Shown here: piece by piece, positions 54,564-58,460 of the stretch
Layout: every line of letters starts with the position of its first letter
Position numbering within the stretch: position 1 is the first letter of the stretch
Virus record (IMG/VR): IMGVR_UViG_3300028840_003750
Span: 1-58,460 of that record
DNA: 58,460 nt
Direction: 5' to 3' (one strand)
DNA from: a virus
Lineage: Duplodnaviria; Caudoviricetes
Notes under the pieces: model-generated
What the model saw: only the letters and a program-made list of their open reading frames with translations
What the model was told of the DNA's origin: nothing
Databases searched by the model: none
Made by a program: the position numbers and the translations under genes

Positions 54564-55534
54564 AAAATCCCTGGCAATCCAATTTGAACGGCCTTGCTAA
54601 TGTTCACAACACTTGCCTTGTAGTATGACTCTTTCAGCTCGATTGAGATCCCACGTCTAGGTGGATCCATACGACGAGCTTGATATACAGTTGAGCCAAT
54701 ACCACCAAACGGATCAAGCACGATGTCATCAGGGTTGGAGTAGAGGAAAAGCGCACGCTCTATGATCTGCAGCGGCATAGCACATACATGCTTAGCATCA
54801 TCATGGTGGCGAGCAGCTCTGACATTAAGAGTGTCGGCTACGTTGATATCAGTCCAAACAGGGCTAGCAATTCGTTGCCAACGCTGATGTGAAAGCTTGT
54901 CACCTGGGTACTTGGTAGGATCTGGCTCATCAAACCCTACCCAATGATCGACACCATTAGGGTGAGCTATAGGCTCTTCATTATCACCTGGCTTTCGAAA
55001 ACAGATTAGCCATGATGGCATGCCAGCTCCACACCGTGAGCTGTCTTTGCAAAGCTGCTTATGAAGCAATCTTAACGCCTTGGTTCGCTGCATTTCTAGC
55101 AATGGATCTCGCCATGTAACGAATTCGCTATGAAAGATGAACCCACACTCCTCCATAGCATAGATGGTATGACCCCTGAGATCCTTAACTCCGATATAGC
55201 CATCCCTGCAAAGCATTGCAGGTACATTCTGCACGTCAATACAGACAATGCGACCTGGCTTCATAACACGAATAAGCTGGCCGAATATGAGTCCGAGGTG
55301 TTCCCAGAATTGCTCAATGGTTGAATTGCCAACATCTCGCTCTGAGTCAGTGTAGACATAGAGATCAAGGAATGGTATAGACGTGCATACCATTCCGATC
55401 GAGCTATCCGGCAAGGCGCGAAGCACAACCACGCTATCACCATGATAGATAGCATAGCTGTCTGTCACACATTGATTGAGCACAAGGTGACTACCGGGTT
55501 TTCCAGAAACGTCTGTGAAGTTGATTGCTGTCAT
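54560..55534 (-). CDS. N4/N6 DNA methyltransferase (beta class)
   Basis: Motif IV variant TSIPF, then HVCAM, YSNPDDIVLDPFGGIGST and IELKESY; ATGA-coupled to the helicase. Confidence 0.9.
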   Translation of the reverse strand: MTAINFTDVSGKPGSHLVLNQCVTDSYAIYHGDSVVVLRALPDSSIGMVCTSIPFLDLYVYTDSERDVGNSTIEQFWEHLGLIFGQLIRVMKPGRIVCIDVQNVPAMLCRDGYIGVKDLRGHTIYAMEECGFIFHSEFVTWRDPLLEMQRTKALRLLHKQLCKDSSRCGAGMPSWLICFRKPGDNEEPIAHPNGVDHWVGFDEPDPTKYPGDKLSHQRWQRIASPVWTDINVADTLNVRAARHHDDAKHVCAMPLQIIERALFLYSNPDDIVLDPFGGIGSTVYQARRMDPPRRGISIELKESYYKASVVNISKAVQIGLPGIL

Positions 55535-56961
55535 CTTATCTCCTGACTTGTCAACCATGATGGTATCGTCATATTAACATTAGGCTCATAGGCAACGGTT
55601 TTCTTCTCAGATCTTTGAAGATTGGCACGATTGAGATCTCTCATGTGCCTCACCATCTCAGCTGCCATTTCAGCTGCCTGTTTCTTCTTACGAGCCAAGT
55701 TGGCAATTATTGCACCATCAGCATCAGTGCCAATCATGTGACTATGCACTGTCCGGTTTTGCCCGAATCGATGACAGCGTCTCTCAGCCTGATAGGTCTT
55801 TTCCCAGCTATTGCTAAGACCCACGAAGATCATTAAAGCGCAGTTTTGGAAGTTCATTCCAAGACCTGCAATCTCAGTTTTGGTTATGAGACCCTGATAT
55901 TTACCTTCAGCAAAAGCGAAAAGCCGATCCTCTTTCTCTCTAATTGGCATTGTGCCCCTTACTTCTACAGCAGAAGGTATAGCTTTAGCAAGAGCACTAC
56001 TCTCATCGTTGAGAGCACACCAGACTATGAATGGTTCATCACAGCTTTTTGCAATACGAGCTGCTTCATTTACCCGTTGAGCTATAGTAGCTCTCCGGAC
56101 TTTGGTTTGCTTTTGCATTCCCCTTGCTTCCTCTGTCCAAAGCTTTAGCTGCTTATCATCAGGGCTAATAACGCTGTGAGCAATCGATCCATTTAGCTTT
56201 ACAATGTGAGCATGGGTTTGCAAAGGTGGTAGAATGAATCCCTCATCGCTGTAACCTAGATCACCAGGCGTTCGAAGATAGATAGCCCAGCTCGATAGCC
56301 ATTCCCAGAATCTTTTTCGAGCATGCCCAAGAAGCTGTCTATCCTGAGTTGAGGTTTTACCTTTGGAAAAGAAAGTGGCCTCCATCTCTGGTAGGGTCAT
56401 AAGCCCAAGCCAATCGGATTGTCCGGCAAGCTCTTTCAGATCATTGGGGGCTGGCGTAGCAGATCCGGCAATCTTGAATGGCACATGCCTACAACGCTCT
56501 ACCATCTCCTGCCTTGTTTTGCCGTTGAAGTTTTTGAAGATTGAGCTTTCGTCTGCTCCTACTCCAACGAAGTGTCCAAAGTCGAATAGGTGAGCACGCT
56601 CATAGTTGGTCACATAGATACTACAATCATCTGTACAATGATCCTGTGACCATACACGTTTGCACGGTATACCAAACTTGCGCCCTTCTGCCTCAAACTG
56701 AGGAGCAACTGCACATGGTGTTAGGATAAGAACCTTGCCCCCAGTATACTCAGCTACCAATCTGGCCCATTCAAGAAACTGCAGAGTCTTTCCGAGTCCA
56801 CAATCCTCGAAGATGGCACCCTTCCCGATACGAGCTGCCCATCTGACCACATCACGTTGAAAGGGGAACAGTCGATCGTTTATATCTCCCGGACGCTCGA
56901 TGCCAGATGCTTTGACGATCAGCCGCTTTGACTCTAAAAATTGCTTATAGCTATTGGGCAT
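55531..56961 (-). CDS. SNF2-like superfamily 2 helicase
   Basis: DCGLGKT, DESS, SATPAPN, GMNFQ and QAERRCHRFGQ. Confidence 0.9.
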   Translation of the reverse strand: MPNSYKQFLESKRLIVKASGIERPGDINDRLFPFQRDVVRWAARIGKGAIFEDCGLGKTLQFLEWARLVAEYTGGKVLILTPCAVAPQFEAEGRKFGIPCKRVWSQDHCTDDCSIYVTNYERAHLFDFGHFVGVGADESSIFKNFNGKTRQEMVERCRHVPFKIAGSATPAPNDLKELAGQSDWLGLMTLPEMEATFFSKGKTSTQDRQLLGHARKRFWEWLSSWAIYLRTPGDLGYSDEGFILPPLQTHAHIVKLNGSIAHSVISPDDKQLKLWTEEARGMQKQTKVRRATIAQRVNEAARIAKSCDEPFIVWCALNDESSALAKAIPSAVEVRGTMPIREKEDRLFAFAEGKYQGLITKTEIAGLGMNFQNCALMIFVGLSNSWEKTYQAERRCHRFGQNRTVHSHMIGTDADGAIIANLARKKKQAAEMAAEMVRHMRDLNRANLQRSEKKTVAYEPNVNMTIPSWLTSQEIR

Positions 56962-56966
56962 TGTTG

Positions 56967-57143
56967 CTACCAGGTATCTCTCGGATTACCGCAAAAAGCA
57001 TCATCATGCTTGGCTGCTTCCCGGCATTGCGCACACAGCCCATCGTGCATACATCTGGCACATCCCTCTTGGCTACATTGCGTGCAATACTCCTCTTGCC
57101 GATGAAGGCCTCGTGTATGGCCGCATGTTGGACAATCACTCAT
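56967..57143 (-). CDS. 58-aa Cys-rich protein
   Basis: Hand-translated as MSDCPTCGH...CTQC...CARC...CAQC; GAGGA RBS. Confidence 0.6.
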   Translation of the reverse strand: MSDCPTCGHTRGLHRQEEYCTQCSQEGCARCMHDGLCAQCREAAKHDDAFCGNPRDTW

Positions 57144-57313
57144 TAGCTATTCCTCATTGGCTCAAGGGAAAGCTTCCAGCGACAACCATGCCACTGGACT
57201 GTCACTAATCCGTTGTGGTGAATTCGGCAGCTGAAGCCTTCCACTTTTTCAATAGTCTCCTGCAGAATCCGAAGGGCTTTTCGCCTAGTCCAGTATTTAG
57301 CTCTGTTGCTCAT
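57143..57313 (-). CDS. 56-aa hypothetical protein
   Basis: Hand-translated as MSNRAKYWTRRKAL...; GAGGT RBS; TAATG coupling. Confidence 0.55.
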   Translation of the reverse strand: MSNRAKYWTRRKALRILQETIEKVEGFSCRIHHNGLVTVQWHGCRWKLSLEPMRNS

Positions 57314-57507
57314 AGCTACCTCTCAAGCTGATGTGTCGAGTTTCTTTCGTAAGCTGCCTTTCGCATGTAGCTGATACAGACCCCAATAGACATTACACTG
57401 CCCCAGGTTGAAGCGCCTTTTTCCTGGAAAGTCTTACTTCAAGAATACCATCCAAACAAATGGTTACGCTTATTGTCTTTGGCCATTTGGTAAAAGAGTA
57501 TCCTTCA

Positions 57508-57783
57508 TTAAGTTCGCAGACGCATCTTACTTTTATCACATTGCTCCTCGAAAAGCATAGCTGCTTGCGTTAGACCATCAAGCTTGCTTTGATGGTAATC
57601 AACTACCCTTGCTTGCCGAATGTGCAAAGCGAGATCATTCGAGTCTATTCCCCGAAGCTTACCAAGCTCTTGCCTCCAGAGCTCAGTCTCTTGAGCTACA
57701 AGCTCCCAAATCTCATCTGCCGCCAAACGGCGTGTAAACGGCTCGGACACAGCTGAGCCGAAATGCACGATACGTGCCATCAT
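57508..57783 (-). CDS. Hypothetical protein, first gene of the - arm
   Basis: ORF at the divergence point. Confidence 0.55.
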   Translation of the reverse strand: MMARIVHFGSAVSEPFTRRLAADEIWELVAQETELWRQELGKLRGIDSNDLALHIRQARVVDYHQSKLDGLTQAAMLFEEQCDKSKMRLRT

Positions 57784-58003
57784 GGGAGCTGGCGGAACGA
57801 GCCGCTTAGGCGAGCTAGCGTGTAAGGATCTCCGCGTAAATAGCTACGCACAGGTGCGAAAAGTATGTAGCTTGATCAGAATTTTCAACAGGTTGCACAC
57901 CGTTTTAGCTGGCATGTAACCTGCAATGTAAGCCATCACACAACGCAAACCTTATTAACATGAGGATAGTTCAATGGTGGCGCAACCCGGCTAAGGGAAT
58001 AGT

Positions 58004-58354
58004 ATGTCAGAGCTAGAAAAAGACGTCGTTCAAGAATCAGAGCTTGTGCACGAAGTGCTTCAGCGCTGTGCTAGGCGCCGGATCATGCCTGTGATAGATG
58101 AGGTGTGCATAGAGTATGGCGTCACGAATCGGGAGATTGCCGGACGCCAGCGTTCAAAGCTGTTCAATGCAGCCCGTGCGTACCTTTGGTATAGGCTATA
58201 CCAAACAGGGAGCTTCTCCTACCCTGATATAGGATGGATATTCATGAGGGATCATACCTCTATAATCAATGGGGTGGCAAAGCACAGGAAACGCCCAAGA
58301 GCTGAGCTGCACCCTGAATGCACCTCACCCTGTCTGGAGGCTAGCTGTGCCTGA
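58004..58354 (+). CDS. Stand-alone DnaA domain IV (Bac_DnaA_C) HTH protein
   Basis: YGVTNREIAGRQRS...ARAYLWY...SYPDIGWIFMRDHTSIING. Confidence 0.85.
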   Translation: MSELEKDVVQESELVHEVLQRCARRRIMPVIDEVCIEYGVTNREIAGRQRSKLFNAARAYLWYRLYQTGSFSYPDIGWIFMRDHTSIINGVAKHRKRPRAELHPECTSPCLEASCA

Positions 58355-58460
58355 AGACGAAGGATACTATTGCAGCTGTGGTCGCTTCGTGGTAGACAGC
58401 TTCTGTGATTCGTGTCAGGGAGCCGACGAGCTGGAGGCTTGCAGTAGGACACCAGAGCAT
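58317..58460. repeat. Terminal direct repeat (circular overlap), copy 2
   Basis: Identical to 1-144. Confidence 0.97.

Overview
The window is an apparently complete, circularly permuted phage genome of about 58.3 kb: bases 1-144 are repeated exactly at 58317-58460. It is a myovirus with a Mu-like contractile tail and baseplate and a Mu gp29-type portal. The + strand early arm (58004 through the join to 10603) carries a DnaA-domain-IV protein, a minimal nucleotidyltransferase, a 5'-3' exonuclease/ERF fusion, SSB, HNH, an XRE regulator and many small genes behind repeated sigma70-like promoters. The long - strand arm (57783 to 10744) runs from SNF2-like helicase, N4/N6 methyltransferase, replication protein and RusA-like resolvase through two tRNAs, the terminases, portal, protease, capsid, tail and baseplate. 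I found no integrase, ParA/ParB, reverse transcriptase, CRISPR array or recognisable endolysin. The most striking unexplained structure is that the virion operon is interrupted at seven gene junctions by small antisense (+ strand) cassettes. Each starts with a shared GTG(C/T)TA-N10-13-(G/A)AAACG(G/A)AG promoter/RBS motif, and three have a canonical bacterial parS palindrome (TGTTTCACGTGAAAC) lying over the -10/start site. A fourth, perfect parS closes the first cassette. Other notable points are a fused exonuclease-annealase, a small gene ending in a copy of part of the portal, two densely structured non-coding regions, strong AGCT enrichment, and two tRNAs that both end in CCG. All functional calls come from motifs read by eye, not from database searches.
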